A stretch of 64,000 nt of DNA from NCBI GenBank assembly GCA_903960915.1, contig CAJCCO010000043.1, positions 6,574 through 70,573 of the forward strand, read 5' to 3'. Under the pieces are notes generated by a model, which was not told where the DNA came from, searched no databases, and worked only from the letters and a program-made list of their open reading frames with translations. Below are positions 53,367 to 62,308 of this stretch, piece by piece; position 1 is the stretch's first letter, and every line of letters begins with the position of its first letter. This stretch comes from an uncultured beta proteobacterium. GTDB taxonomy: Bacteria > Pseudomonadota > Gammaproteobacteria > Burkholderiales > Burkholderiaceae_C. The translations under genes and the position numbers were made by a program.

Positions 53367-54608
53367 ATGACCACCCTGATCGTTACCCCGCCAACCGACC
53401 CCACTGACCCGCACGCGTTGTGGGACTACCTGCTCTCGTCGGATGGACGAGTGGTGGGTGAACACGCCAGTGTCAGCCTGCTTCAACTGCCTAAGCGCAA
53501 CGCTTCCGGCGACCAGGTGGTGGCGCTGGTGCCGGCAGCGCGTTTGTCCTGGCATGCGGTGCAGTTGCCCGCCGGTTCTTTGAGTCAGCGCCTGTTTCAG
53601 GACCGCGCAGCACCGCGTTTGCGCGCCATTCTGGAAGGGCTGCTGGAAGACCATTTGCTGGACGACCCCGCCCAGCTTCATTTCGCGCTGGAGCCGCAAG
53701 CGCGCAACGATGCGCCGGTGTGGGTGGCCGTCTGTGACCGCACCTGGCTGCGCGCGGCTTTGCAGGCGTTGGCGCAGTCGGGCCACGTGGTGAGCCGTGT
53801 CGTGCCCGAGTTCACCCCGGGTGAGCCTGCGTTGTTGCAAGTGGTGACGGCGCCCCAGGAGAGCGCTGCCGGCACGGCGCAGCTGGTGGCTGCCAATGCA
53901 CAAGGTGTATCTGTCTGGCCCTTGTCCAGCGCCTCACTCGCTGCGTTGGACTGGCCACCAGAGACGCCGGTGCTGTCCGAGCCTGCGTGGGCGCAGCAGG
54001 CAGAAGCGCTTTTGGAAAAACCTGTGACCCTGCAAGCCAGCACCGAGCGGCGTGTGTTGGCGCTGCAATCAGCCTGGGACTTGGCGCAGTTTGACTTGCT
54101 CAGCTCGCCGCAGCGCCGCATCTGGGCGCGCTGGCGCGATGCCGCTGCCACGCTGCTGCAGGCGCCGCGCTGGCGACCCGCCCGGTTGGCTTTGATGACC
54201 GTGGTGGTGGTCAACTTGCTGGGGCTGAATGCCTGGGCCTGGCGCGAGCAGGCACAACTGCAAGAGCAAACAGCGGCCATTCGCCATGTGTTGACCAGCA
54301 GCTTCCCCCAGGTCGTGGTGGTGGTCGATGCGCCTGTGCAAATGGCGCGCGAAGTGGCTGCCTTGCAGCAAGCCAGTGGCGCGCTGTCGCCGCGCGATCT
54401 GGAGAGTCTGCTCAGTGCCGTGGGTGCGGCAAGCCCCGCCCCGGCACAGCCCAAAACATTGGACTATGCCGCGGGTGCCTTGCGTCTGCAAGGTCTGACG
54501 CTCAATGCTGAGCAACTCAGGCTGCTCAGTGGCCGGCTCCAGCCTCTGGGTTACAGCGCCAATGCCGTGGGCGATTCGCTTAGCGTGCAACCTAAGGGCA
54601 CGCCATGA
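53367..54608 (+). CDS. gspL: Type II secretion system protein GspL
   Basis: About 413 aa from the ATG at 53367 (MTTLIVTPP). A cytoplasmic domain, a single TM (LALMTVVVVNLLGLNAWAW) and a periplasmic domain are present. Position is between gspK and gspM. Confidence 0.75.
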   Translation: MTTLIVTPPTDPTDPHALWDYLLSSDGRVVGEHASVSLLQLPKRNASGDQVVALVPAARLSWHAVQLPAGSLSQRLFQDRAAPRLRAILEGLLEDHLLDDPAQLHFALEPQARNDAPVWVAVCDRTWLRAALQALAQSGHVVSRVVPEFTPGEPALLQVVTAPQESAAGTAQLVAANAQGVSVWPLSSASLAALDWPPETPVLSEPAWAQQAEALLEKPVTLQASTERRVLALQSAWDLAQFDLLSSPQRRIWARWRDAAATLLQAPRWRPARLALMTVVVVNLLGLNAWAWREQAQLQEQTAAIRHVLTSSFPQVVVVVDAPVQMAREVAALQQASGALSPRDLESLLSAVGAASPAPAQPKTLDYAAGALRLQGLTLNAEQLRLLSGRLQPLGYSANAVGDSLSVQPKGTP

Positions 54609-55108
54609 ACCCTACGAGTTTTATGAGTTTTAGGCCGCTGTGGCAAGCCCGTTGGCGCGCCTTGTCGGGCCGTGAGCAAACCCTGCTGTTGTCTGCGCTG
54701 GCTTTGGTGCTGGGCGCTGCGCTCTGGTGGCTGGCCCTGGCGCCCGCTTTGACGGTGTTGCGCACGGTGGACAGCCAGCGCACCGCGCTCGATGCGCAGT
54801 GGCAGCAAATGCAAAGCCTGCAGGCGCAAGCCAGCAGCTTGCAGGCCCAGGCCCGCCTGGCGCCTGAAGAAGAGCGCCGTTTGCTGGAGGCTTCACTCAA
54901 ACCACTGGGGGCAGGCAGCGTGCTCAAGGTGGACGGTGAACGCGCCACCATCAACCTGCGGGCGGTACCGGCCCAGGCGCTGGCGCTGTGGCTCACGCAA
55001 GTGCGCCAAAACGTGCGCCGCACCCCTGTTGAGGCGCATCTGGTGCGCAACGCCGCAGGCAGTTGGGACGGTACCGTGGTGCTGTCGCTGGCTCCGGGCG
55101 TGCGCTGA
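54605..55108 (+). CDS. gspM: Type II secretion system protein GspM
   Basis: 167 aa. WQARWRALSGREQTLLLSALALVLGAALWWLAL has the single N-terminal TM typical of GspM. ATGA overlap with gspL. Confidence 0.75.
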   Translation: MNPTSFMSFRPLWQARWRALSGREQTLLLSALALVLGAALWWLALAPALTVLRTVDSQRTALDAQWQQMQSLQAQASSLQAQARLAPEEERRLLEASLKPLGAGSVLKVDGERATINLRAVPAQALALWLTQVRQNVRRTPVEAHLVRNAAGSWDGTVVLSLAPGVR

Positions 55109-55117
55109 CCGCGCTAT

Positions 55118-55160
55118 ACAAAGATAGACAAAGATAGACAAAGATAAACGAAGATAAACC
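55118..55160. repeat. 10-bp tandem repeat (about 4.3 copies) filling the gspM-gspN spacer
   Basis: ACAAAGATAG ACAAAGATAG ACAAAGATAA ACGAAGATAA ACC, directly abutting the gspN ATG at 55161. Confidence 0.9.
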
Positions 55161-55979
55161 ATGGCCCGCCCCTCCTTTTTTCAGTCGACTGCCCGCACCC
55201 GCAGCACGCTGCCGTCAGCGCCGTGGGCCTGGGCGGTGGGCGGCCTGCTGCTGGGCTGTTTGCTGATGTTGCTGTGGCAAGCCCCGGCCCGCTGGCTGGC
55301 CAGTGGGGTGCACACGGTCACCCAAGGGCGTGTGGTCTTGCAGGACGCACGCGGCACAGTCTGGCAGGGCTCGGCCCGGCTGCAGCTGAACGGTGGAGCC
55401 GGTAGCTTGGACGCCGCCGCCCTGCCGGGTCGTCTGAGCTGGCAGCTGCGCCGTGACGGCACCGCACTGCAAGCCCACTTATTGGCCGACTGTTGCATGC
55501 AGCAGGCCCTGCAGGTGCAGGGGTCGCTGGGTTGGGGTGGCTTGCAATTGGCCGTGTCAGACAGCCAGTCGCAGTGGCCGGCCGCGTTGCTCATTGGCTT
55601 GGGTGCGCCCTGGAACACGGTGCTGCCCGAGGGGCAGTTGAGCCTGTCCACACAAGGTCTGGCAGTACAGCTGCAGCAGGGCCGCAGCAGTGTGCGCGGC
55701 AGTGTTCGGCTGGAAGCGCAAGCCCTGTCGTCGCGCCTGTCCACCCTCAAGCCCATGGGCAGTTACCGCTTCACGCTGACCGGCGGCGCGCTGCCGAGTT
55801 GCGCCCTGGAAACCTTGGACGGCAGCTTGCGCTTGTCGGGCAAGGGCCAGTGGGTGGCCGGACGCTTGCGTTTTGACGGCGAGGCCAGCGCCACCCCCGA
55901 GCGGCAAGAGGCACTGTCGAATCTGTTGAACATCATTGGTCGACGCGATGGCGCACGGGCCATCATCAAAGTAGGTTGA
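55161..55979 (+). CDS. gspN: Type II secretion system protein GspN
   Basis: 272 aa with an N-terminal TM WAWAVGGLLLGCLLMLLW, then VVLQDARGTVWQGSARL... The pattern and position are typical of GspN. Confidence 0.7.
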   Translation: MARPSFFQSTARTRSTLPSAPWAWAVGGLLLGCLLMLLWQAPARWLASGVHTVTQGRVVLQDARGTVWQGSARLQLNGGAGSLDAAALPGRLSWQLRRDGTALQAHLLADCCMQQALQVQGSLGWGGLQLAVSDSQSQWPAALLIGLGAPWNTVLPEGQLSLSTQGLAVQLQQGRSSVRGSVRLEAQALSSRLSTLKPMGSYRFTLTGGALPSCALETLDGSLRLSGKGQWVAGRLRFDGEASATPERQEALSNLLNIIGRRDGARAIIKVG

Positions 55980-55985
55980 ACGTAT

Positions 55986-58106
55986 ATGACAACTCCAAAC
56001 TTTTACCGACCCGCCTGGGCGCTACGGACTGCCACCCAGCAGTTGCTGTTGGCCTCTGCGCTGGCCTTGCTCGCTTGGCCTGTGGGTGCCCAGACCACGC
56101 CAGTGTCCAAGCCCGGCGAACCCGCCACGCTGAATTTCAGCAACGCGGATATTGAGTCGGTGGCGCGCACCATGGCGGTTATCACTGGGTACAACCTGGT
56201 GGTCGACCCGCGCGTCAAGGGCACCCTCACGCTGGTGACTGAAAAACCGGTGAGCCGTGAGACAGCCATGAACCAGTTTTTGGCGGCCCTGCGCTTGCAG
56301 GGGTTCACCATGGTCGAGTCAGCCGGTTTGTACAAGGTGATTCCAGAGGCCGACGCCAAACTGCAAAGTGGCGCCCTTAATCTGGGCGACGGTGTCCCAA
56401 GCAAGGTGGTGGGCAACCAGATCACCACGCAAATTTTCAAACTCAACTTTGAGCAGGCCGCCAACCTGGTACCTGTGCTGCGCCCGCTCATCAGCCCCAA
56501 CAACACCATCAATGCCAACGCGGGCAATAACTCGCTGGTGATTACCGACTACGCAGACAACCTGCGTCGTTTGGCCCGCATCATTGCGGCCATGGATGTG
56601 TCCAACGCCAGCGAAGTTGAGGTGCTGCCGCTGAAGCACGCCATTGCGGTAGACCTGGCGCCCTTGGTGCTGCGTCTGGTGGAGTCGGGCAGCGCCCCTG
56701 CAGCAGGTGCGGGCCAAGCCGACAGCACTTTCAAAACCTTGCTGATTGCCGAGCCGCGCTCCAATTCGCTGTTGCTGCGTGCGGCCAATGCGGCCCGGGT
56801 GGCGTTGGTGAAGTCACTGGTGGAGAAGCTGGACCAACCCGAAGCACAGGGCAGCACCGACCCGGCGGGCAACATTCATGTGGTGTACCTGAAGAATGCC
56901 GATGCCACCAAATTGGCGGCCACCTTGCGTGCCGCTATGAGTGGCGAAGTGCGCACGCCAACCAGCTCGCAGTCGGGCGCACCCGCTGGCGCCTCGACCG
57001 CTGCAGCGGCTTCCAGCACCGGCGGCCAAGTGCAAGCCGATGCGGCCACCAACTCACTCATCATCACCGCGCCCGACCCGCAGTACCGCCAGTTGCGCGC
57101 CGTCATTGACAAGCTCGATGCCCGACGCGCCCAGGTGTTTGTGGAGAGCCTGATTGCCGAGGTCAGCGTCGACAAGGCGGCCGAATTTGGCGTGCAATGG
57201 CAGGGCGCCTTGGGTAAAAGCGGCGACTCTCTGATTGGCCTGTTGGGCTCCAACTTTGGCAGCGGTGGCAGCAACATCATCAACCTGGCCACTGGCGCAG
57301 CCAGCAGCACGGTGGCGCCGTCGCGCGGCCTCAACGTGGGCGCGCTCAAGCAGACCAATGGCGTGTATGTGCTGGGATTTCTGGCACGTTTTCTGGAAGA
57401 GTCGGGCAGCGGCAATGTGCTGTCCACGCCCAACTTGCTGACGCTGGACAATGAAGAGGCCAAGATTGTTATTGGGCAGAACGTGCCCTTTGTCACGGGT
57501 CAATTCACCAACACGGGGGCGGGCAGTGGCAGCTCGGTTAATCCGTTTCAGACGATTGAGCGCAAGGATGTGGGGCTCACGCTCAAAGTGAAGCCGCAAA
57601 TCAGCGAGAACGGTACCGTCAAGCTGGCCATTTACCAGGAGGTCTCTAGCGTGCAGGCCTCCACGCTGAACGCCAGCAATGGCCCCACCACCAACAAGCG
57701 AACCATTGAGTCCAACGTATTGGTGGACGACGGCGCCATTGTGGTGCTGGGCGGTTTGTTGCAAGACGAGTACTCGGGCAGCCAGGAGAAAGTGCCCGGT
57801 CTGGGTGATGTGTCCTTTTTTGGCAACCTGTTCAAAAGCGAAACCCGCAGCCGCAAGAAAACCAACCTGATGGTGTTTTTGCGACCCGTGGTGGTGCGCG
57901 ACGCTGCGGCCAGCGACCGCCTGTCGATGGACCGCTACGACCAGATGCGCTCGGGCCTGAAAGAGGCCCAGCCGCTGCCCAACCAGGTACTGCCCATCAA
58001 TGAAGCCGCCGTTTTGCCGCCGCTCGCCCCGGCCTCAATAGCTGCACCTAAAGCAGCGCCTGAAGCGCCTAAGGCACCGCTGGCGCCTCTCGCGAACAAG
58101 CCCTGA
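55986..58106 (+). CDS. gspD: Type II secretion system secretin GspD
   Basis: 706 aa with a signal peptide and N0-N3 domains ([31 protein letters not shown]). The secretin core is [28 protein letters not shown]...[17 protein letters not shown]. Confidence 0.9.
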   Translation: MTTPNFYRPAWALRTATQQLLLASALALLAWPVGAQTTPVSKPGEPATLNFSNADIESVARTMAVITGYNLVVDPRVKGTLTLVTEKPVSRETAMNQFLAALRLQGFTMVESAGLYKVIPEADAKLQSGALNLGDGVPSKVVGNQITTQIFKLNFEQAANLVPVLRPLISPNNTINANAGNNSLVITDYADNLRRLARIIAAMDVSNASEVEVLPLKHAIAVDLAPLVLRLVESGSAPAAGAGQADSTFKTLLIAEPRSNSLLLRAANAARVALVKSLVEKLDQPEAQGSTDPAGNIHVVYLKNADATKLAATLRAAMSGEVRTPTSSQSGAPAGASTAAAASSTGGQVQADAATNSLIITAPDPQYRQLRAVIDKLDARRAQVFVESLIAEVSVDKAAEFGVQWQGALGKSGDSLIGLLGSNFGSGGSNIINLATGAASSTVAPSRGLNVGALKQTNGVYVLGFLARFLEESGSGNVLSTPNLLTLDNEEAKIVIGQNVPFVTGQFTNTGAGSGSSVNPFQTIERKDVGLTLKVKPQISENGTVKLAIYQEVSSVQASTLNASNGPTTNKRTIESNVLVDDGAIVVLGGLLQDEYSGSQEKVPGLGDVSFFGNLFKSETRSRKKTNLMVFLRPVVVRDAAASDRLSMDRYDQMRSGLKEAQPLPNQVLPINEAAVLPPLAPASIAAPKAAPEAPKAPLAPLANKP

Positions 58107-58137
58107 GTTTTTCTGGCCACCCCCACACCTCACCACC

Positions 58138-59589
58138 ATGGCCATGCGCTACCCGCTACCTTACGCCTTTGCCCGAAGCCACCAACTGCTGCTGGAAGAG
58201 CAGGCCGGTGCGCTAACCCTGTTGACCCACCCGCAGTCGCTGGCTTCAGGCGTGAGCGAGGTGATGCGCAAGTACCCGTCCTGCCAACGCCAGCCCATGG
58301 CGCAGGCGCTGTTGGTGCAACGCATCAGCACGGCCTATGCGCAGGGTGAATCGAGTGCGGCGGCGGTGGTCAGCGAGGTGGAGAGCGATGTCGACCTGTC
58401 GCGCATGATGCAGGAGCTGCCGGCCATTGAAGATCTGCTGGAAACCTCGGACGACGCGCCCATCATCCGCATGCTCAACGCCTTGCTCACGCAAGCCGTG
58501 CGCGACGGCGCCAGTGACATTCACATCGAGCCCTATGAGCGCCACTCCAGCGTGCGCTTTCGGGTGGACGGCGGTCTGCGCGAAGTGGTGCAACCCAACC
58601 GTGCCTTGCATGCCGCGTTGATCTCGCGTCTCAAAATCATGGCCGAGCTGGATATTGCAGAACGTCGCTTGCCGCAAGACGGCCGTATTTCGCTGCGCAT
58701 CGGCACGCGTGCGGTGGACGTGCGCGTGAGCACGCTGCCCAGCGCGCACGGCGAGCGCGCAGTGTTGCGTCTGCTGGACAAGTCGGAGGGCCGCATGAGC
58801 CTGGAAGCGCTGGGCATGCAGGGCGAGGTGCTGGCCCGCTTTGAGCAGCTGATTGCGCAACCGCACGGCATCATTTTGGTCACCGGCCCCACCGGCTCGG
58901 GCAAAACCACCACGCTGTACGCCGCGTTGAGCCGGCTCGATACGCAACACAGCAACATCATGACGGTGGAAGACCCGGTGGAGTACGAGCTGGCCGGAAT
59001 TGGCCAGACCCAGGTGAACGCCCGGATTGACCTGACCTTTGCCAAGGCCCTGCGCGCCATTTTGCGGCAGGACCCCGACATCATCATGATTGGCGAAATT
59101 CGTGATTTTGAGACCGCGCAGATTGCCATTCAGGCCTCGCTCACCGGTCACCTGGTGCTGGCAACCCTGCACACCAATGACGCCGTCAGCGCGGTGACGC
59201 GTTTGACCGACATGGGGGTGGAGCCGTTTTTACTCAGCTCTTCTTTGCTGGGTGTGCTGGCGCAGCGCCTGGTGCGCAAATTGTGTGTGACGTGCAAGCG
59301 CGAGGTGGCGCCGGCTGCTTTGGCGAACCCGACGCGGCCTTCCATGGCCTACGCCCCTGTGGGCTGCGCGGCCTGCGGCCACACCGGCTATGCCGGCCGC
59401 AACGGCGTGTTTGAACTGCTGGTGACCGACGAGGCGATTCGCGCCCAGATTCACAACCGCGCCTCAGAGGCCGATATCCGCACAGCCGCTCTGGCCGCCG
59501 GTATGACGCTGATGCGTGACGATGGCGAGCGCCTGGTGCAAAGTGGTGTGACCTCCCGTGAAGAGCTGCTGCGCGTTACCCGTGATTGA
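58138..59589 (+). CDS. gspE: Type II secretion system ATPase GspE
   Basis: 483 aa with Walker [10 protein letters not shown], Asp/His boxes and a tetracysteine C..C...C..C (CVTCKRE...[10 protein letters not shown]). Confidence 0.9.
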   Translation: MAMRYPLPYAFARSHQLLLEEQAGALTLLTHPQSLASGVSEVMRKYPSCQRQPMAQALLVQRISTAYAQGESSAAAVVSEVESDVDLSRMMQELPAIEDLLETSDDAPIIRMLNALLTQAVRDGASDIHIEPYERHSSVRFRVDGGLREVVQPNRALHAALISRLKIMAELDIAERRLPQDGRISLRIGTRAVDVRVSTLPSAHGERAVLRLLDKSEGRMSLEALGMQGEVLARFEQLIAQPHGIILVTGPTGSGKTTTLYAALSRLDTQHSNIMTVEDPVEYELAGIGQTQVNARIDLTFAKALRAILRQDPDIIMIGEIRDFETAQIAIQASLTGHLVLATLHTNDAVSAVTRLTDMGVEPFLLSSSLLGVLAQRLVRKLCVTCKREVAPAALANPTRPSMAYAPVGCAACGHTGYAGRNGVFELLVTDEAIRAQIHNRASEADIRTAALAAGMTLMRDDGERLVQSGVTSREELLRVTRD

Positions 59590-59642
59590 GCGCAGGCATG
59601 CTGCCGCCTCGCTTGCCTTGACCGACTGATAAAGCCCCAGCC

Positions 59643-60869
59643 ATGCCTGCCTATTCCTACCAAGCCCTCAACGCCGAAGGCCAGAGCCGAAAGGGCCTGA
59701 TCGAGGCCGACTCGGCACGTGCCGCGCGCAGCCTGCTGCGCGCCCAGGCCTTGGTGCCGCTGCGTGTGGAGCTTGCGGGCCAAAGCGCCGATGCCGGCAC
59801 TGGCTCGCTGAGCTGGGGTTGGGGTGAGCGCCGGGTGTTCAGCGCCCATGCGCTGGCCGTCTGGACGCGCCAACTCGCCGGCTTGGTGGGCGCGGGTCTG
59901 CCGCTGGAGCGGGCCTTGTTTTCTCTGAGCGAAGAGGTCGAGCTGGAAGGGCAGCGCCAACTGGTGGCTGTGTTGCGTGCCGAAGTGAATGCGGGCAGCC
60001 CCTTTGCCCGTGCGCTGGCGCAGCATCCCAAGCAGTTCTCAGCGATTTTTATTGCGGTCATTGGTGCTGGCGAGCAAAGCGGCAACCTGGGCTTGGTGCT
60101 GGAGCGCCTGGCCGACGACCTGGAGGAGCAGCAGGCCCTCAAGTCCAAGCTGCTAGGCGCTGCGCTGTACCCGGCCATTGTGTCCTTGGTGGCCCTGGGC
60201 ATCGTGCTGTTTTTGGTGGCCTACGTGGTGCCGCAAGTGGCCCATGTGTTTGCCGGCAGCAAGCGAGCCTTGCCGTTCTTGACGGTGTTGATGATGGGCA
60301 TCAGTGACCTGGTGCGCAGCTACGGCTGGCTGCTGCTGGTCTTGCTGTTTGTGGGCGGGGTGTTGGGGCGCCTGGCACTGGCCCGGCCGGCGCTGCGGCT
60401 GCGCTTTGATGCCTGGTTTTTGCTGCTGCCGGTGCTGGGCAAGCTCTCGCGCAGTTACAACACGGCGCGCTTTGCCGGCACGCTGGCCATGCTGGCGGCT
60501 GCGGGGGTGCCCATATTAAAAGCCTTGCAAGCGGCCGCAGAAACTTTGTCCAACCAGGCCATGCGGGCGGATGCCCTGGACGCCTTGGTGCTGGTGCGTG
60601 AGGGCGCGCCGCTGGCCTCGGCCTTGGCGCAGAAAAAACGGTTCCCGGGCTTGCTGGTGATGTTTGCGCGCCTAGGTGAGCAAACCGGCCAGTTGCCGTT
60701 GATGCTGCAACGCGCCGCCCGCCAACTCAGTGCTGAAGTGCAGCGCCGCGCCATGGCACTGGCCACGCTGCTGGAGCCCCTGCTGATTGTGGCCATGGGC
60801 GGCGTGGTGATGCTGATTGTGCTGGCCGTTTTGCTGCCCATCATTCAGATGAACCAGCTGGTCAAGTAG
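59643..60869 (+). CDS. gspF: Type II secretion system inner-membrane platform protein GspF
   Basis: 408 aa. MPAYSYQALNAEGQSRKGLIEADSARAARSLLRAQALVP. It has duplicated GspF domains and three TM segments. Confidence 0.9.
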   Translation: MPAYSYQALNAEGQSRKGLIEADSARAARSLLRAQALVPLRVELAGQSADAGTGSLSWGWGERRVFSAHALAVWTRQLAGLVGAGLPLERALFSLSEEVELEGQRQLVAVLRAEVNAGSPFARALAQHPKQFSAIFIAVIGAGEQSGNLGLVLERLADDLEEQQALKSKLLGAALYPAIVSLVALGIVLFLVAYVVPQVAHVFAGSKRALPFLTVLMMGISDLVRSYGWLLLVLLFVGGVLGRLALARPALRLRFDAWFLLLPVLGKLSRSYNTARFAGTLAMLAAAGVPILKALQAAAETLSNQAMRADALDALVLVREGAPLASALAQKKRFPGLLVMFARLGEQTGQLPLMLQRAARQLSAEVQRRAMALATLLEPLLIVAMGGVVMLIVLAVLLPIIQMNQLVK

Positions 60870-60949
60870 CCTCGGGGCTTGGCCGGCGTCTCAGGGACAG
60901 GCTTGTTACAGTTCGCCCTTCTCCACCACTTTGCCTGGATTTCTTTCTG

Positions 60950-61405
60950 ATGAGTGTGCAATCCGTTCGCGACTTTTTTTTGGCCCAGCAGCTTGACCTG
61001 CCCATTCTGGAGCTTGACGTCAGCACCGCTACGGTGGCGTTGGCGGCGCAGGCGCACGGCGTAGAGCCCGGGCGCATTGCCAAGACGCTGGCGTTTCGCC
61101 TGGCAGAGGGCCAGGTGATTCTGGTGGTGTCCAGTGGCGACGCCCGCATGGACAACCGCAAGTTCAAAGAGACGTTTGGCAAAAGCAAAATGCTGCCCGT
61201 TGACGAGGTGGCCGTGTTGACCGGGCATCCGGTGGGCGGCGTCTGCCCGTTTGGCTTGGCGCAGCCTCTGCCGGTCTACCTGGACAAGTCGCTACAAAAG
61301 TATGACGAGGTATTGCCTGCTGCAGGTTCCACCCGCAGCGCCGTGCGCATCAGCCTGGCGCAGCTGGCAGCGGTGACGCAAGGGCAGTGGGTGGACGTGT
61401 GTTGA
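60950..61405 (+). CDS. YbaK/EbsC-family aminoacyl-tRNA deacylase-like protein
   Basis: 151 aa. GRIAKTLAFRL...VILVVSSGDARMDNRKFKETFG...LTGHPVGGVCPFG is the YbaK/ProRS-associated editing domain pattern. Confidence 0.75.
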   Translation: MSVQSVRDFFLAQQLDLPILELDVSTATVALAAQAHGVEPGRIAKTLAFRLAEGQVILVVSSGDARMDNRKFKETFGKSKMLPVDEVAVLTGHPVGGVCPFGLAQPLPVYLDKSLQKYDEVLPAAGSTRSAVRISLAQLAAVTQGQWVDVC

Positions 61406-62106
61406 CAGGTCGTACGGTGAACCTGGCCGAGCTGGATGCAGTGATCGTCGACCTGGACGGTACCCTGGTCGATACCCTGGGCGACTTTGTGGTGGCGCTG
61501 AACTTGATGCTGGCCGACTTACCTGCTCCGTTTAACCAACGCCGGGTGGAGCGCCCTACGGTGGAGACCCTGGTCGGAAAGGGCTCCGAGCATCTGGTTA
61601 ACAGTGTGCTGACCCTGTGGGACAGCGCATTGGGTACGGTGGGTTCAGAAGTGCATCCGCTGTTTGCGCAAGCCTTGGCGCACTACCAGCGCCATTACCT
61701 GCGCATCAATGGCCAGCATGCCACGGTGTATCCCGGCGTCTTTGAAGGGTTGCAACAACTGCAAGGCCGTGGCCTGCGACTGGCTTGTCTGACCAACAAG
61801 CCCACCCGGTTTGCGCTGGCGCTGCTGGCGGCCAAGGGGCTGGACATTTTTTTTGAATTCACCCGGGGTGGCGACGCCTTTGCGTTCAAAAAACCGCACC
61901 CGCTGCCTTTGCTTGAAACCTGCGCTGCGCTGGGGACGGTGCCGGCCCGCACCCTGATGGTGGGCGACTCCAGCAATGATGCGCAGGCGGCGCGCGCCGC
62001 CGGTTGCCCGGTGCTGCTGGTGACGTATGGCTACAACCATGGCCAACCCATTCGCGCGGTAGACGCAGATGCCTATACCGACTCGCTGGCCCGCCTGGGC
62101 ATTTGA
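61387..62106 (+). CDS. gph: Phosphoglycolate phosphatase (HAD superfamily)
   Basis: HAD motifs VIVDLDGTLVDT, LTNKP and MVGDSSNDAQAARAAGC. Position is directly upstream of trpE. The start is uncertain (GTG at 61387 from the track). Confidence 0.8.
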   Translation: MGGRVLTGRTVNLAELDAVIVDLDGTLVDTLGDFVVALNLMLADLPAPFNQRRVERPTVETLVGKGSEHLVNSVLTLWDSALGTVGSEVHPLFAQALAHYQRHYLRINGQHATVYPGVFEGLQQLQGRGLRLACLTNKPTRFALALLAAKGLDIFFEFTRGGDAFAFKKPHPLPLLETCAALGTVPARTLMVGDSSNDAQAARAAGCPVLLVTYGYNHGQPIRAVDADAYTDSLARLGI

Positions 62107-62308
62107 CGTTTGATACACTGGGCGCATGTTCATTCACCGTCTGCACATCACAGGGTCAAGCGACCGGGGAGCCTGGCTTTGGCGCCCCTTGGCCGCCAGG
62201 TCGGCTCGCGCCTGACTTGTCCCTCTGGTTGAATGGACTGCAGCCTCCCTGGCTGCCCGCTGATCCTGCCGTGCGCTGGGCTCAGCCTTGAAGTGAAAGA
62301 ATTTTCCC

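Noticed and set aside
55118-55160. Short tandem repeats (here and at 35914-35937) as a CRISPR array
   Set aside because: The units are 10 bp, directly abutting with no spacers, and no cas genes are present. They are simple tandem repeats.
62126-62215. Possible trp leader peptide upstream of trpE (MFIHRLHITGSSDRGAWLWRPLAARSARA, two Trp codons separated by Leu)
   Set aside because: There is no convincing Shine-Dalgarno and the Trp codons are not tandem. I could not fold a GC-rich hairpin followed by a U-tract before trpE. The best stem (GGCTGCCC/GGGC(T)CAGCC, 62250-62287) is bulged and not followed by Ts. It is worth an RNA-fold and comparative check but is not supportable from sequence alone.
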